From an uncultured Gemmatimonadales bacterium (lineage in GTDB: Bacteria; Gemmatimonadota; Gemmatimonadetes; Longimicrobiales; RSA9), in the NCBI GenBank assembly GCA_963783305.1, contig CAWAMW010000017.1, positions 32,001 to 96,000 of the forward strand: a stretch of 64,000 nt of DNA, read 5' to 3'. The notes beneath the pieces were generated by a model. That model was not told the origin of the DNA. It did no database searches and worked only from the letters and a program-made list of their open reading frames with translations. The translations under genes and the position numbers were made by a program. Positions 27,763 through 37,668 of this stretch are shown in pieces. The stretch's first letter is position 1, and each line of letters opens with the position of its first letter.

Positions 27763-28104
27763 TCACGTCTTCGAGGAGCCCTTCCACGGCAGCCGTCCCT
27801 CGATCTCCGCCTCGAGGGAGAAGCTGAGGAACGTCCGGATGAGCACGACGATGGCGAGGACGGCGACGCTCTTGAGCGTCTGCTCGATGAGGATGGTGTA
27901 GACGATGTCCCCGGCCACGAGGAACTCCAGGCCCAGCAGGATGGCCCGGCCGAGATTACCGCGGTAGGCGTGGTAGGACTCCAGGAAGTCCACGCGCTTC
28001 AGCAGCGCCCTGACAAAGGCGAGGGTGGCGAGGACACCGCCGAGGACGATGACGGCCACGCCCGCCATCTCGATCCATTCCGCCACTCGCTCGATCCAGC
28101 CCAC
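27763..28104 (-). CDS. DUF1622 membrane protein
   Basis: LGRAILLGLEFLVAGDIV...VLIRTFLSFSLE; GGAGAGGAG SD before GTG 28104. Confidence 0.85.
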   Translation of the reverse strand: MGWIERVAEWIEMAGVAVIVLGGVLATLAFVRALLKRVDFLESYHAYRGNLGRAILLGLEFLVAGDIVYTILIEQTLKSVAVLAIVVLIRTFLSFSLEAEIEGRLPWKGSSKT

Positions 28105-28164
28105 TCGATCTCCTCTCCACTTTACCGTGAGTGTCGGGCGCAAGATGCGTCCCAACCGCCCCCA

Positions 28165-29184
28165 TTACCTGGGTAGATCCTCCCCCGCGGCGAGCTGCTG
28201 GACGGTGAGGAACACGAGGCGCGCGACCCGGGCGATCTTGTCGGGATCGACGGCGTCGGTCTCGTCGGCGGGAGTGTGGTAGTCGGGGTGGAGTCCCGAA
28301 GTGACCCGCGCGGCCGGGATCCCGCGCTCGGCGAAGACGGAGTGGTCGCCAGGGCGCAGGTCGGCCGCCCCCGGTGGGTCGCTCACCACGGTGAGTCCGA
28401 GCTCGGGCGTCTCCCGCGCGAGACGGCGCATGAGCGAGCGCGGCCCCGCAGCGCCCGCTCCCACCGCGCCGATGGTGTCCGGGTGGTTCCGTCCGATCAT
28501 GTCCAGGTCCAGGACGACCACGGCCTCGGCCAGGGCGATGGTGGGATGGTCGGCGAACCAGGTCGAGCCCAGGAGCCCGGCCTCGCTCCCGCTCACGGCC
28601 AGGAACAGCACGGGCCGCGCCAATGGCGTATCGAGGGAGCCCAGCGCCTGCGCTACCTCCACCAGCGCCGCGACGCCGGACGCGTTGTCGTCCGCGCCGT
28701 TGTAGACGGAGTCGTCGCCCTCCTCCGGACTCCGGACGCCGAGGTGATCGTAGTGCGCCACCAGGATCACGTACTCGCCCGCGTGCGTCAGCCGCGCGCC
28801 CGGAAGACGCCCGACGACGTTCGGCACGAGCGTCGAGTCCCCCGACCCCACCCGTCCCGGCGCGCCGTGTCGATACGGCCAGTACTGGAGGTAGCCGGCC
28901 GAGTCCCCCGCCGGCTCCAGTCCGGCGCGGTGGAACTCCGTGGCGATCCAGGCCGCCGCGCGTTCCAGGCCGGGGCCGGGCGTCCCGCGTCCGCGCCGCT
29001 CATCGGCGGCCAGGAACGAGACGTGGTGGGCGGCGTCGGGGGCATCGATGTACCGCTGGGCCACCTCGTACGGAGTGGGAGCCGGGGCGGGCGCGGCGGC
29101 GGAGCCGAACTCCTCGGCGGGTCCGCCCACCATTGAGCAGGCGGCGGCGGCCAGCAGCGCCGCCAACCCCGGGAGGTGGCGCAT
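28165..29184 (-). CDS. M28 family peptidase, probable lipoprotein
   Basis: LAAAAC lipobox-like, GRGTP, AHYDHLG, NGADDNASG, DMIGR, DYHTPAD. Confidence 0.88.
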   Translation of the reverse strand: MRHLPGLAALLAAAACSMVGGPAEEFGSAAAPAPAPTPYEVAQRYIDAPDAAHHVSFLAADERRGRGTPGPGLERAAAWIATEFHRAGLEPAGDSAGYLQYWPYRHGAPGRVGSGDSTLVPNVVGRLPGARLTHAGEYVILVAHYDHLGVRSPEEGDDSVYNGADDNASGVAALVEVAQALGSLDTPLARPVLFLAVSGSEAGLLGSTWFADHPTIALAEAVVVLDLDMIGRNHPDTIGAVGAGAAGPRSLMRRLARETPELGLTVVSDPPGAADLRPGDHSVFAERGIPAARVTSGLHPDYHTPADETDAVDPDKIARVARLVFLTVQQLAAGEDLPR

Positions 29185-29206
29185 CTTGTCCACAGGTACT
29201 CCGGTG

Positions 29207-30262
29207 TCAGAAAGAGAGTGTCTCGCCGAACGCCGGGATATGGAGGTCCGACGGCGGCAGCCCCAGGTTGGTCCACGCCTGCCGCATCCGCCGCGGGGGC
29301 TCCAGGGGCGGCTCGTCCGTGAGACGGAACGTCCCCCAGTGCATCCCGACCATGGCGGTGGCATGCAGGTCCCGCGCCGCCTGCGCGGCCTCTTCCGGGT
29401 TCATGTGCGACGACTTCATGAACCAGCGGGGTGCATAGGCGCCGATGGGGAGCAGCGCCACGTCGAATGGGCCCTCTCTGTCGCCAATCTCCGTGAACCC
29501 GGGGAAGTACCCGCTGTCGCCACCGAAATAGAGCCGGCGGCCGTCCATTTCCACGGACCACGAGCACCAGAGGCGCTTGCGGGTTCCGAACGGTCGCCGC
29601 TTGGTCCAGTGCTGCGCCGGGAGCGCGCGGATCCTCACGTTCGCTGGCGCACCCTCCAGGCGCGTCTCCTCCCACCAGTCCAGCTCCCTCACCTCGGTGA
29701 CGCCGCGCCGATCGAACCAGCGCTTGTAGCCGAGGGGGGCGTGCCACGTGAGTGAGCTGCCGAAACGCTCGTTCAGCGCCCGGACGGTCGGTGCATCCAG
29801 GTGGTCGTAGTGGTCGTGCGAAAGCAGGATGGCGTCCACGGGCGGGATCGAGTCGAGCTCGAGAGCGGGGGGTGTCAGCCGCTTCGGCCCTGCCCACTGC
29901 ACCGGTGAGGCGCGCTTGCTGAAGACGGGATCGGTCAACAGCGTGACGCCGGGCAGCTGGATGAGGAACGTCGCATGGCCAATCCATGTCACGCGGAGCT
30001 CCGCCGCGTCGTTCCGAAGCCGGGGCACGCCGAGGCGCGGCTCCGTGCGGGGCAGCTCCTCCGGGGTGGGATCGGCCACCCGCTCCCCGCGCCACCGCTC
30101 CCACGCCCACTTCAGGAGGTCCCCCTCGCCCGGAGGAGCATCCCGCCCCTGTGGCCACGGGTTCCGGTACCGCCCGTCCGGCGCGTGGTGCGACGGGCGC
30201 TCGGCCATGGCGTGCGGCGGCGGGCGCCCGGCCATGGCGTGCGGCGGCGGGCGCTCGGTCAC
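29207..30262 (-). CDS. MBL-fold metallohydrolase (NAPE-PLD/RomA-like)
   Basis: TWIGHAT, TDPVFS, SHDHYDHLD, GDSGY, PIGAY, HWGTF. Confidence 0.9.
   Translation of the reverse strand: MTERPPPHAMAGRPPPHAMAERPSHHAPDGRYRNPWPQGRDAPPGEGDLLKWAWERWRGERVADPTPEELPRTEPRLGVPRLRNDAAELRVTWIGHATFLIQLPGVTLLTDPVFSKRASPVQWAGPKRLTPPALELDSIPPVDAILLSHDHYDHLDAPTVRALNERFGSSLTWHAPLGYKRWFDRRGVTEVRELDWWEETRLEGAPANVRIRALPAQHWTKRRPFGTRKRLWCSWSVEMDGRRLYFGGDSGYFPGFTEIGDREGPFDVALLPIGAYAPRWFMKSSHMNPEEAAQAARDLHATAMVGMHWGTFRLTDEPPLEPPRRMRQAWTNLGLPPSDLHIPAFGETLSF
30194..30258. repeat. 27-bp tandem duplication at the MBL gene 5' end
   Basis: Units 30194-30220 and 30221-30247 (one mismatch) plus a partial third; encodes RPPPHAMA repeats. 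Confidence 0.85.
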
Positions 30263-30933
30263 TCCACCACGCTGATCACCCGCTGGAGGTCGTCGTCGGC
30301 GCCCGACACGATGACGGTGTCCGATTCCTTGAGCGGCGCGTCCGGATCGGGCACTGCGGTGATCGTGTCGTTGAGGACATCGTGCACAGCGAGCACGCTG
30401 ACGCGGTGCCGCCGCGGGAGCTCCAGCTGGCGCAGTGTCCTGCCGATCCACCGCTCCGGTACCGCCAGCTCCTGCAGGCTGAACCCCTTGCCGATATGCA
30501 CGTAGTTGAGGATTTCGGTGCTGACGATCCGCTCCGCCAGGCGGACGGCGGACTCCCTCTCCGGGAAGATGGTCTCCGTGACCCGGAGCTGCTCCATGAT
30601 CCGGGCGTGGTCGATGGAGATGACCTTCACGTAGATCTCGCGCACGCCGATATCGCGGAGGGCCATGGTGGTGAGCACCGATGCGGCCAGGTCGTCGCCC
30701 GTGGAGATGATCCCGGCGTCGATCTCCTCCCCCCCGACGCGCTCCAGCACATTCTTGTTCCGGCCGTCACCCACGGCCGCACGACTGACCTTCGGCCCGA
30801 CGCGATCCACGGCGTGCTCGTTCGTGTCCACGGCGACCACCTCATGGCCCTTGGCGTGGAGGGCTTCCGCGACGCCCGACCCGAAGTTGCCGAGGCCGAT
30901 GACGATGAATCGCTTCCGCTTGGGCTTGCTCAT
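30259..30933 (-). CDS. TrkA/KtrA family K+ uptake regulatory subunit
   Basis: IVIGLGNFG RCK_N, IFPERE, RCK_C domain. Confidence 0.92.
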   Translation of the reverse strand: MSKPKRKRFIVIGLGNFGSGVAEALHAKGHEVVAVDTNEHAVDRVGPKVSRAAVGDGRNKNVLERVGGEEIDAGIISTGDDLAASVLTTMALRDIGVREIYVKVISIDHARIMEQLRVTETIFPERESAVRLAERIVSTEILNYVHIGKGFSLQELAVPERWIGRTLRQLELPRRHRVSVLAVHDVLNDTITAVPDPDAPLKESDTVIVSGADDDLQRVISVVE

Positions 30934-32351
30934 CCGATGACCACATCCTCGTACGAGTAACGAACCTGAGCGGTACCGGTCACACGCCGTGCCAGCGCCG
31001 CGGCGAGCACGAGTGGACCCACGCGTCCGGTGAACATCAGGAAGATGGTGAGCCACCGTCCCGCGGCCGAGAGCGCGGGTGTCGCACCCAGCGACAGGCC
31101 CACTGTGTTGAAGGCGCTAACGGCTTCGAACATGTGCCGGAGGAACACCTGCCCCAGGTCGGGTGTCACCCCCACCAGCTCGGTGGAGGAATAGCCGAAC
31201 AGTGCGAACGTCATGACGGCGAACCCCAGCACGAAGAGCCCCACCGCCCGCTGGATGGTCTCGCCGGGGATGGACTTCCCCCAGATGGAGACGATATCGT
31301 GCCCCCGGAGCCGTGAAATGGCCAGGAGCCCGATGAGCGCGAACGTGGTGGTCTTGAGCCCACCGGCCGTGGAGCCCGGCGATCCCCCGACCGCCATCAG
31401 GAGTATGGTGAGGAAGTTGGTGTTGTCCGCGGCCGCCGCGTAATCGATGCTGTTGAACCCGGCCGTGCGGGCCGTAGTGCTCATGAAGAACGCGTTGGTG
31501 AGCCGGTCGACGATGCCCAGGCCGCCCAGCACGCCCTTCCATTCGAAGATGGCGAAGAACACCCAGCCGCCCACCAGGAGCAGAGCCGTGGTGCCGAGCA
31601 CGACCCTTGTGTGCAGGGAGAGGCGGGTGTTCCCGGTCGTGGATCTCACCCTCCGCTTCACATGGAGCTCCTCGAGTACGAGGAACCCGATGCCGCCGGC
31701 GATGATGAGACCGGCCGTCGTCAGCAGAGTGAAAATGGACTCCTGGAATCCAATGAGCGAGTCGGAGAAGGTAGAGAAGCCGGCATTGCAGAACGCGCTC
31801 ACGGCGTGGAAGACGGCGTGCCAGCCGGCGTCGACCCAGCCGAACCGTGGCACCCACAGGATGTAGAGCACCACCGCGCCAGCGAGCTCGAAGCCGAGGG
31901 TGAACCGGAGGATGTCGCGGGCGAGCTGCCGGCGGTCGATCTCCTCTGCGATCGCAATCTCGGCTCCAGTCAGCTCTTCGTGCCGGAGGGAGAGCCGGCG
32001 TCCGAGGACGAGGATGATGAACGTGGTGAACGCGATGATGCCCAGTCCGCCGAGCTGGATCAGCAGCAGCAGGAAGGCCTGGCCGGCGCCGGTGAAGTAG
32101 GTGGCGGTATCCACCACAATGAGGCCCGTTACGCACACGGCGCTGGTCGCGGTGAACAGGGCATCGAGCCAGCCGAGCTCCGATCCGGTGTACAGGCCGG
32201 GGAGGAGCTTGAGGCCGAACGTGCCGAGCGCGACCAGGAACACGAACGAGCCGAGGAAGAGCTGGGGCGGCGACAGCCGGTTCCAGAGCGTGCGGGTGCT
32301 GTGCCCCTCCACTTCCCATGGGTCGGTCCAGCGGCGGCCTTCGATGCTCAA
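30930..32351 (-). CDS. TrkH/KtrB family K+ uptake membrane subunit
   Basis: ATSAVCVTGL, SAFCNAGF, RTAGF, SAFNTVGLS pore loops. Start is approximate. Confidence 0.92.
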   Translation of the reverse strand: MSIEGRRWTDPWEVEGHSTRTLWNRLSPPQLFLGSFVFLVALGTFGLKLLPGLYTGSELGWLDALFTATSAVCVTGLIVVDTATYFTGAGQAFLLLLIQLGGLGIIAFTTFIILVLGRRLSLRHEELTGAEIAIAEEIDRRQLARDILRFTLGFELAGAVVLYILWVPRFGWVDAGWHAVFHAVSAFCNAGFSTFSDSLIGFQESIFTLLTTAGLIIAGGIGFLVLEELHVKRRVRSTTGNTRLSLHTRVVLGTTALLLVGGWVFFAIFEWKGVLGGLGIVDRLTNAFFMSTTARTAGFNSIDYAAAADNTNFLTILLMAVGGSPGSTAGGLKTTTFALIGLLAISRLRGHDIVSIWGKSIPGETIQRAVGLFVLGFAVMTFALFGYSSTELVGVTPDLGQVFLRHMFEAVSAFNTVGLSLGATPALSAAGRWLTIFLMFTGRVGPLVLAAALARRVTGTAQVRYSYEDVVIG

Positions 32352-32489
32352 CGGTCGGGCGTGATCAGGAGTAGCGGCATGCCGCGAAGTCTGGAGCCAG
32401 GCGCCGGCAGGGGCAAGTTCTCGTGTCGCCGCACTGGCCCCGGGAAGAGCGCGGGCGTAGCATGGACCAGCCCCGAAACCGAGAGCTTC

Positions 32490-34073
32490 ATGACCATTTC
32501 CAACTGTCCACCAAGGCCGCGCCTGCTGCGCCTCCCGGCGATGCTGGCGTGCGCCGCGGCAGCCTTTTGCACGGTCCCGGCCGCGGCCCAGCAGGAAACC
32601 GATATCTACCTGCTGGAGCTGGACCGTGAGGGCGACCAGGTGGTCGTCACGGGTCCTCCGCTGGCCATCACGGACCGGGCCGGCTACGACAACCAGCCGC
32701 AGTTCACCCCCGATGGACGCGTCCTGTACACGTCCATACGCGACGGCCAGGCCGACATTTACGTCTACGACCCGACGACGGGGCGGCGGCGGCGGCTCAC
32801 GCATACACCGGAGTCCGAGTACTCGGCCACACCCATGCCGGGCACCGATCGCATCTCGGTGGTGCGGGTGGAAGCGGACTCCACGCAGCGGCTGTGGTCG
32901 TTCTCGGCGGAAGGCGACGACCCGCGCCTCGTACTGGAGAATATCCGGCCGGTGGGCTACCACGCGTGGATCGGGAGTGAGCGCGTCGCCCTGTTCGTGC
33001 TCGGCGAGCCCCCCACCCTCCGGGTCGCCCGTGTTCCGACCGGCGCCGCCGGGGTGGTGGCCGACGCCATCGGCCGCTCGCTCCAGCCCGTCCCGGGAGC
33101 CGCCGCGGTGACCTTCACGCAGGAAGTGGATGGCGGCTGGTGGCTCCGGGAGTACAGCGACCGCCAGGACACCGTGCGGACCGTAGCGCGCATGCTCGGA
33201 CCAGACGAATTCCACGCGTGGCTCCCGGACCGCACGCTCCTCACCGCACACGGGTCCGAGGTTCTGGCGTACGACCCCAGCGCCCGGGACTGGCTCCCCG
33301 TGGTGGACCTGGCGGACGCGGGCCTGGGCGCGCTATCGCGGATCGCCGTCTCCTCCGACGGCCGACATCTCGCCGTCGTAGCCGATCGCCCGCCGGGAGA
33401 GGCCCCGGCCGCCGAGCCGGGCGGCACCGGTGAGGCCGAGGACAGCGCGTTCTCGTTCGCGACGCTGGTCATCGGGTCGCTCCTGGCCATGGTGAACCCG
33501 CTCGGGGCGCTCACGATCTTCGTCGGGCTCACCGCCACCTACAGCGCCCGCCACCGCCGCTTCACCGCGCTCTGGGCGTGCGTCAGCGCCGCCGCCATCC
33601 TCATCATCTTCGCGCTCTTCGGCACGTCCATCCTGCGGTTTTTCGGCATCACGACATATGCCTTCCGGATCGCCGGCGGGATCATCTTCTTCGCCGTGGG
33701 CTGGGACATGCTCCAGGCCCGGCGGTCGCGCTCCAAGACCACGCCGGAAGAGGAGGAGGAGAGCGCGGAGAAGGCCGAAGTGGCCGTCGTCCCGCTGGGG
33801 ATCCCCACGCTGGCCGGGCCGGGCGCCATCACGACCGTAATCGCGCTCATGGGGCAGACGACCGGAGCGGTGGAGGCGGGGATCGTCTACATGGGCGTCC
33901 TGGTCGTGCTGTTCATCAGCCTCCTGGCACTCCTGGCGGGCCCGGCCATTCTGCGCCTCATCGGCCAGACGGGCGTCAACGTGTTCACCCGCCTCATGGG
34001 GCTGCTGATCACGGTGATCGGGGTGCAGTTCGTCCTGGACGGGCTGCGGACGGTGGTGTCGCTCATGGGCTGA
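32490..34073 (+). CDS. Fusion of a secreted PD40/TolB-like beta-propeller and a MarC family membrane domain
   Basis: Signal peptide; GYDNQPQFTPDG, ESEYSATPMP, SRIAVSSDG; then MVNPLG, AFRIAGGIIFF, PLGIPTLAGPGAIT, RLMGLL. Confidence 0.8.
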   Translation: MTISNCPPRPRLLRLPAMLACAAAAFCTVPAAAQQETDIYLLELDREGDQVVVTGPPLAITDRAGYDNQPQFTPDGRVLYTSIRDGQADIYVYDPTTGRRRRLTHTPESEYSATPMPGTDRISVVRVEADSTQRLWSFSAEGDDPRLVLENIRPVGYHAWIGSERVALFVLGEPPTLRVARVPTGAAGVVADAIGRSLQPVPGAAAVTFTQEVDGGWWLREYSDRQDTVRTVARMLGPDEFHAWLPDRTLLTAHGSEVLAYDPSARDWLPVVDLADAGLGALSRIAVSSDGRHLAVVADRPPGEAPAAEPGGTGEAEDSAFSFATLVIGSLLAMVNPLGALTIFVGLTATYSARHRRFTALWACVSAAAILIIFALFGTSILRFFGITTYAFRIAGGIIFFAVGWDMLQARRSRSKTTPEEEEESAEKAEVAVVPLGIPTLAGPGAITTVIALMGQTTGAVEAGIVYMGVLVVLFISLLALLAGPAILRLIGQTGVNVFTRLMGLLITVIGVQFVLDGLRTVVSLMG

Positions 34074-34191
34074 GCCCGGCCGGAATGGGTGCGGTGCGGA
34101 GAGCGGCGATGAACGAAGGGGGGAGCGCATGGCGCTCCCCCCTTCCTCCATCCAAGAATACGCGGGCCGCTGTGGCCCGATCGGATGTTGC

Positions 34192-34866
34192 CTACCGCTC
34201 GTTCATCACCTCACGCCGCCAATCCTCGTCGGCGTAGATCACGACCTCGACACGGCGGTTGAGCTGCTTGCCCTCGGCGGTCTCGTTCGTGGACACGGGG
34301 TCGTTCTCCCCCATGCCGCGGGTGGAGATGCGCTCGCCGGCAACACCCAGCTGCTCGAGGTAGGCGGCGGCGGATCGGGCGCGCCGCTCCGAGAGCGACT
34401 GGTTGTACGCATCGCTGCCGTCCGAATCGGTATGACCGATGATCAGCACGTCCGTCCGCCCGTACTCCCGGAGGTTGTCCGCCAGTTCCTGCAGGTTGGC
34501 CCGCGACGCCGACCGCAGATCGGACCTGTCGTAGTCGAACAGGATCCCCGAATCGAACGTCACCACGATGCCCTCGCCGACGCGCGAGACCGTGGCGCCC
34601 TCGAGGTCGTCATCCAGCGACTTCGCCTGCTGGTCCATCTGGTGCCCGATGACCGCGCCGGCCGCGCCGCCCACCGCGGCGCCGACGATGGCGCCCTTGG
34701 CCGTGGAGCCGACCTGGTTGCCGACCACCGCGCCTACCGCGGCGCCCGCTCCGGCCCCGATCACGGCGCCTTTCTCCTTCTGGTTCCAGCTTGCGCAGCC
34801 GCCCAGCCCGAGCGTGCCACTCAACACCACGCCGGCAAACGCCAGTCTTACGTATCTACCCATCAT
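34192..34866 (-). CDS. OmpA family lipoprotein with glycine zipper (YiaD-like)
   Basis: LGGC lipobox, GAxxGA zipper, GHTDSDGSDAYNQSLSERRA, NRRVE. Confidence 0.93.
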   Translation of the reverse strand: MMGRYVRLAFAGVVLSGTLGLGGCASWNQKEKGAVIGAGAGAAVGAVVGNQVGSTAKGAIVGAAVGGAAGAVIGHQMDQQAKSLDDDLEGATVSRVGEGIVVTFDSGILFDYDRSDLRSASRANLQELADNLREYGRTDVLIIGHTDSDGSDAYNQSLSERRARSAAAYLEQLGVAGERISTRGMGENDPVSTNETAEGKQLNRRVEVVIYADEDWRREVMNER

Positions 34867-34908
34867 CTGGTCCTCCTCAATTTTGATTGATGTACCCTGC
34901 TTCCTCTA

Positions 34909-34924
34909 AGCAAGGGCGGTGCCA
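34909..34924 (-). promoter_or_regulatory. Sigma54 promoter TGGCAC-CGCCC-TTGCT
   Basis: Near-perfect -24/-12 consensus, about 45 bp upstream of the OmpA gene. Confidence 0.7.
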
Positions 34925-35011
34925 TGTTCCCCGACCGCCCCGCTCCTCCCGCCCGCGTCGCGTGCCCCCGATGCGACGGTCGACCCGGGCGCCTATCTTC
35001 ATTACACCCTC

Positions 35012-37603
35012 ATGCAATACATCCACGAGCACCCGGAGGTTCGCCGCCTGCCAGTCATGGAGGTGCTCGAACGACTGCGCGCGGCGCTGGCCGACCCGGG
35101 CGCGGCGGTGCTCGTGGCGCCACCGGGTGCGGGGAAGACCACGGTCGTCCCGCTGGCGCTGACGGAGGAGCCTTGGGCCACCGGGCGGGTCCTGGTGCTG
35201 GAGCCGCGCCGACTCGCGGCGCGCGCCGCCGCCGACCGGATGGCGCGGCTGCTGGGAGAGGATGGCGCCGGCGGGAGCGTGGGCTACCGCGTCCGCGGTG
35301 ACACGCGCGTGAGCCGGCGCACGCGGGTAGAGGTGGTGACGGAGGGCGTGCTCACGCGCATGCTCCAGGCGGACCCCTCGCTCGCCGGCGTGGCGGCGGT
35401 GCTGTTCGACGAGTTCCACGAGCGCTCCGTCCACGCCGACCTCGGCCTGGCGCTCACGCTGCACGCACGGGGGCTGCTGCGTCCCGACCTCCGGCTGCTG
35501 GTCATGTCCGCCACCCTCGACGCGGCACCCGTGGCCGCGCTCCTCGATGATGCCCCGGTGATCGCCAGCGAAGGGCGGTCGCACCCGGTGGAGACCCGCT
35601 GGCGGAAGACGCCCGTGGAGGGATGGATCGAGCCGCCCGTGGTGCGAACCGTGGTGCGGGCGCTGGAGCGGGAGGAGGGGGAGGGGGAGGAGGGGGACAT
35701 CCTCGTGTTCCTGCCCGGGGCGGGCGAGATCCGACGCACGGAACAGCGGCTTCGGAGCGCCGGGCTGCCATCGGACACGCGGATCCACACCCTCTTCGGC
35801 GCCCTCTCCCGTCAGGAGCAGGACCGCGCCGTGTCGCCGAGCCCGCGCGGGCAGCGGAAAGTCGTGCTGGCCACATCGATCGCCGAGACCTCCCTCACCA
35901 TCGAAGGAGTGACGGTGGTCGTGGACAGCGGACAAGCGCGCGTCCCCCGATTCGATCCCGGCACAGGGATGACCCGACTCGAGACCGTGCGCGTGACCCG
36001 CGACGCGGCCGACCAGCGCCGCGGCCGCGCCGGGCGGACGGCGCCGGGGATCTGCTACCGCCTCTGGACCCGGGCCGAGGAACGGGGGCTGGTGCCGCAT
36101 CGCCGACCCGAGATCCTCGAGGCCGACCTGGCGCCGCTGGCGCTGGAGCTCGCGACCTGGGGCGCCGATCCGCGCGAGCTGCGCTGGCTCGACCCGCCGC
36201 CGGAGGCCGCGTTCGCCCAGGCCACGGAGCTGCTCCGGGAGCTCGAAGCGCTGGATGCCGACGGCGCCACCGACCACGGCCGGCGGCTGGCCGAGCTGCC
36301 GGTGCATCCGCGGCTGGCGCACATGCTCGTTCGCGGCCAGGCGCTCGGCGACGGCTCCGCCGCATGCGACCTCGCGGCCATCCTCGACGACCGCGACTTC
36401 CTCCGCGGCGCCGGCCGCTCACCCGACGCCGATCTCCGGCTTCGCGTGGAGGCGCTCCAGCGCGCGCGCTCCAGCCGTGGCACGCCCGGCCAGCTCCGCG
36501 GCCACGACCTCTCGCGCGGCGGCCTCCACCGCGTGAGTCGCGAGGCGGACCGGCTGCGTCGAGCGATCGGGGGAGACGGGCGAATCGCGGGCGGATCGCC
36601 CGCCCGGCGGAGCGCAGCCACCGACGCCGACGCCCAGGCGGCCGTAGGGGTCCTGACCGCGCTCGCGTACCCCGACCGGATCGGGCAGCGGCGCCAAGAC
36701 CAGCGAGGACGCTTCCTTCTGCGGAACGGCCGCGGCGCCCGGTTCGCCGAGCCCCAGGCGCTGGACGGGAACGACTGGATCGTGGCCGCCGAGGTGGAAG
36801 GTCGGGGCCGGGAGGCCCGTATCTTCCGCGCGGCGCCGCTCACGCTGGAGGAGATCGAGACGCACTTCGCCGACCAGGTCCGAGAAGTGGAAGAGGTGGC
36901 GTGGGACCCCGACGCCAGCCGCGTGGTGGCGCGGCGCCGACGCGCGCTGGGCGCCCTCACGCTCATGGAGGCGCCGCTGCTCAGCCCCGACCCCGCGGCG
37001 CTGGGGCGAGCGCTCCTCGATGGCGTGCGGGCGGCGGGCGTGGCCGCGCTGCCCTGGTCGCGGGAGACGGCACAGCTGCGGGAGCGCCTCGCGTTCCTGG
37101 CGCGGCTCGAGGCGGAGAGCTGGCCGGACACATCGGAGTCGGCGCTGGAGTCGTCGCTCGACGATTGGCTGCTGCCGTTCGTGTCCGGACTCAAGCGGCT
37201 CGAGGACCTGAAGCGGGTGGACCTGGGGGAGGCGCTGCTGGCCCGGACGGGGTGGGAGCGGCGCGCCGACGTGGACCGGCTCGCTCCCGCGGAGATCGAA
37301 GTGCCGAGCGGGTCCCGGATCCGCGTCGACTACTCCGACCCGGCCGCCCCCGCCCTCGCCGTCCGGCTCCAGGAGGTGTTCGGGATGACGGAGACCCCTA
37401 GGATCGGCGGTGGCCGCGTCCCCGTCACGCTCAAGCTGCTCTCCCCCGCCCAGCGCCCCGTCCAGGTGACGCAGGACCTCGCCAGCTTCTGGCGCGATGC
37501 GTATTTCGAGGTGCGGAAGGACATGCGGGGGCGGTACCCGAAGCACTACTGGCCCGAGGACCCGCTCCAGGCCGAGGCTACCCGCCGTACGAAGCCCCGC
37601 TGA
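35012..37603 (+). CDS. hrpB: ATP-dependent helicase HrpB
   Basis: APPGAGKTT, LEPRRLAAR, DEFHERS, MSAT, QRRGRAGR, C-terminal LLSPAQRPVQVTQDLASFW...RYPKHYWP. Confidence 0.95.
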   Translation: MQYIHEHPEVRRLPVMEVLERLRAALADPGAAVLVAPPGAGKTTVVPLALTEEPWATGRVLVLEPRRLAARAAADRMARLLGEDGAGGSVGYRVRGDTRVSRRTRVEVVTEGVLTRMLQADPSLAGVAAVLFDEFHERSVHADLGLALTLHARGLLRPDLRLLVMSATLDAAPVAALLDDAPVIASEGRSHPVETRWRKTPVEGWIEPPVVRTVVRALEREEGEGEEGDILVFLPGAGEIRRTEQRLRSAGLPSDTRIHTLFGALSRQEQDRAVSPSPRGQRKVVLATSIAETSLTIEGVTVVVDSGQARVPRFDPGTGMTRLETVRVTRDAADQRRGRAGRTAPGICYRLWTRAEERGLVPHRRPEILEADLAPLALELATWGADPRELRWLDPPPEAAFAQATELLRELEALDADGATDHGRRLAELPVHPRLAHMLVRGQALGDGSAACDLAAILDDRDFLRGAGRSPDADLRLRVEALQRARSSRGTPGQLRGHDLSRGGLHRVSREADRLRRAIGGDGRIAGGSPARRSAATDADAQAAVGVLTALAYPDRIGQRRQDQRGRFLLRNGRGARFAEPQALDGNDWIVAAEVEGRGREARIFRAAPLTLEEIETHFADQVREVEEVAWDPDASRVVARRRRALGALTLMEAPLLSPDPAALGRALLDGVRAAGVAALPWSRETAQLRERLAFLARLEAESWPDTSESALESSLDDWLLPFVSGLKRLEDLKRVDLGEALLARTGWERRADVDRLAPAEIEVPSGSRIRVDYSDPAAPALAVRLQEVFGMTETPRIGGGRVPVTLKLLSPAQRPVQVTQDLASFWRDAYFEVRKDMRGRYPKHYWPEDPLQAEATRRTKPR

Positions 37604-37668
37604 CTGGCGCCGGTGAGTCCGCGGCTCGCCGTCCAGCGCCACGTGCGTTCCGAACTTCTCCACAGCTT

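Noticed and set aside
30930..33251. 773-aa KtrB and 820-aa ORF-track versions of the divergent genes
   Set aside because: The N-terminal extensions are antisense to the neighbouring real gene; starts were reassigned.
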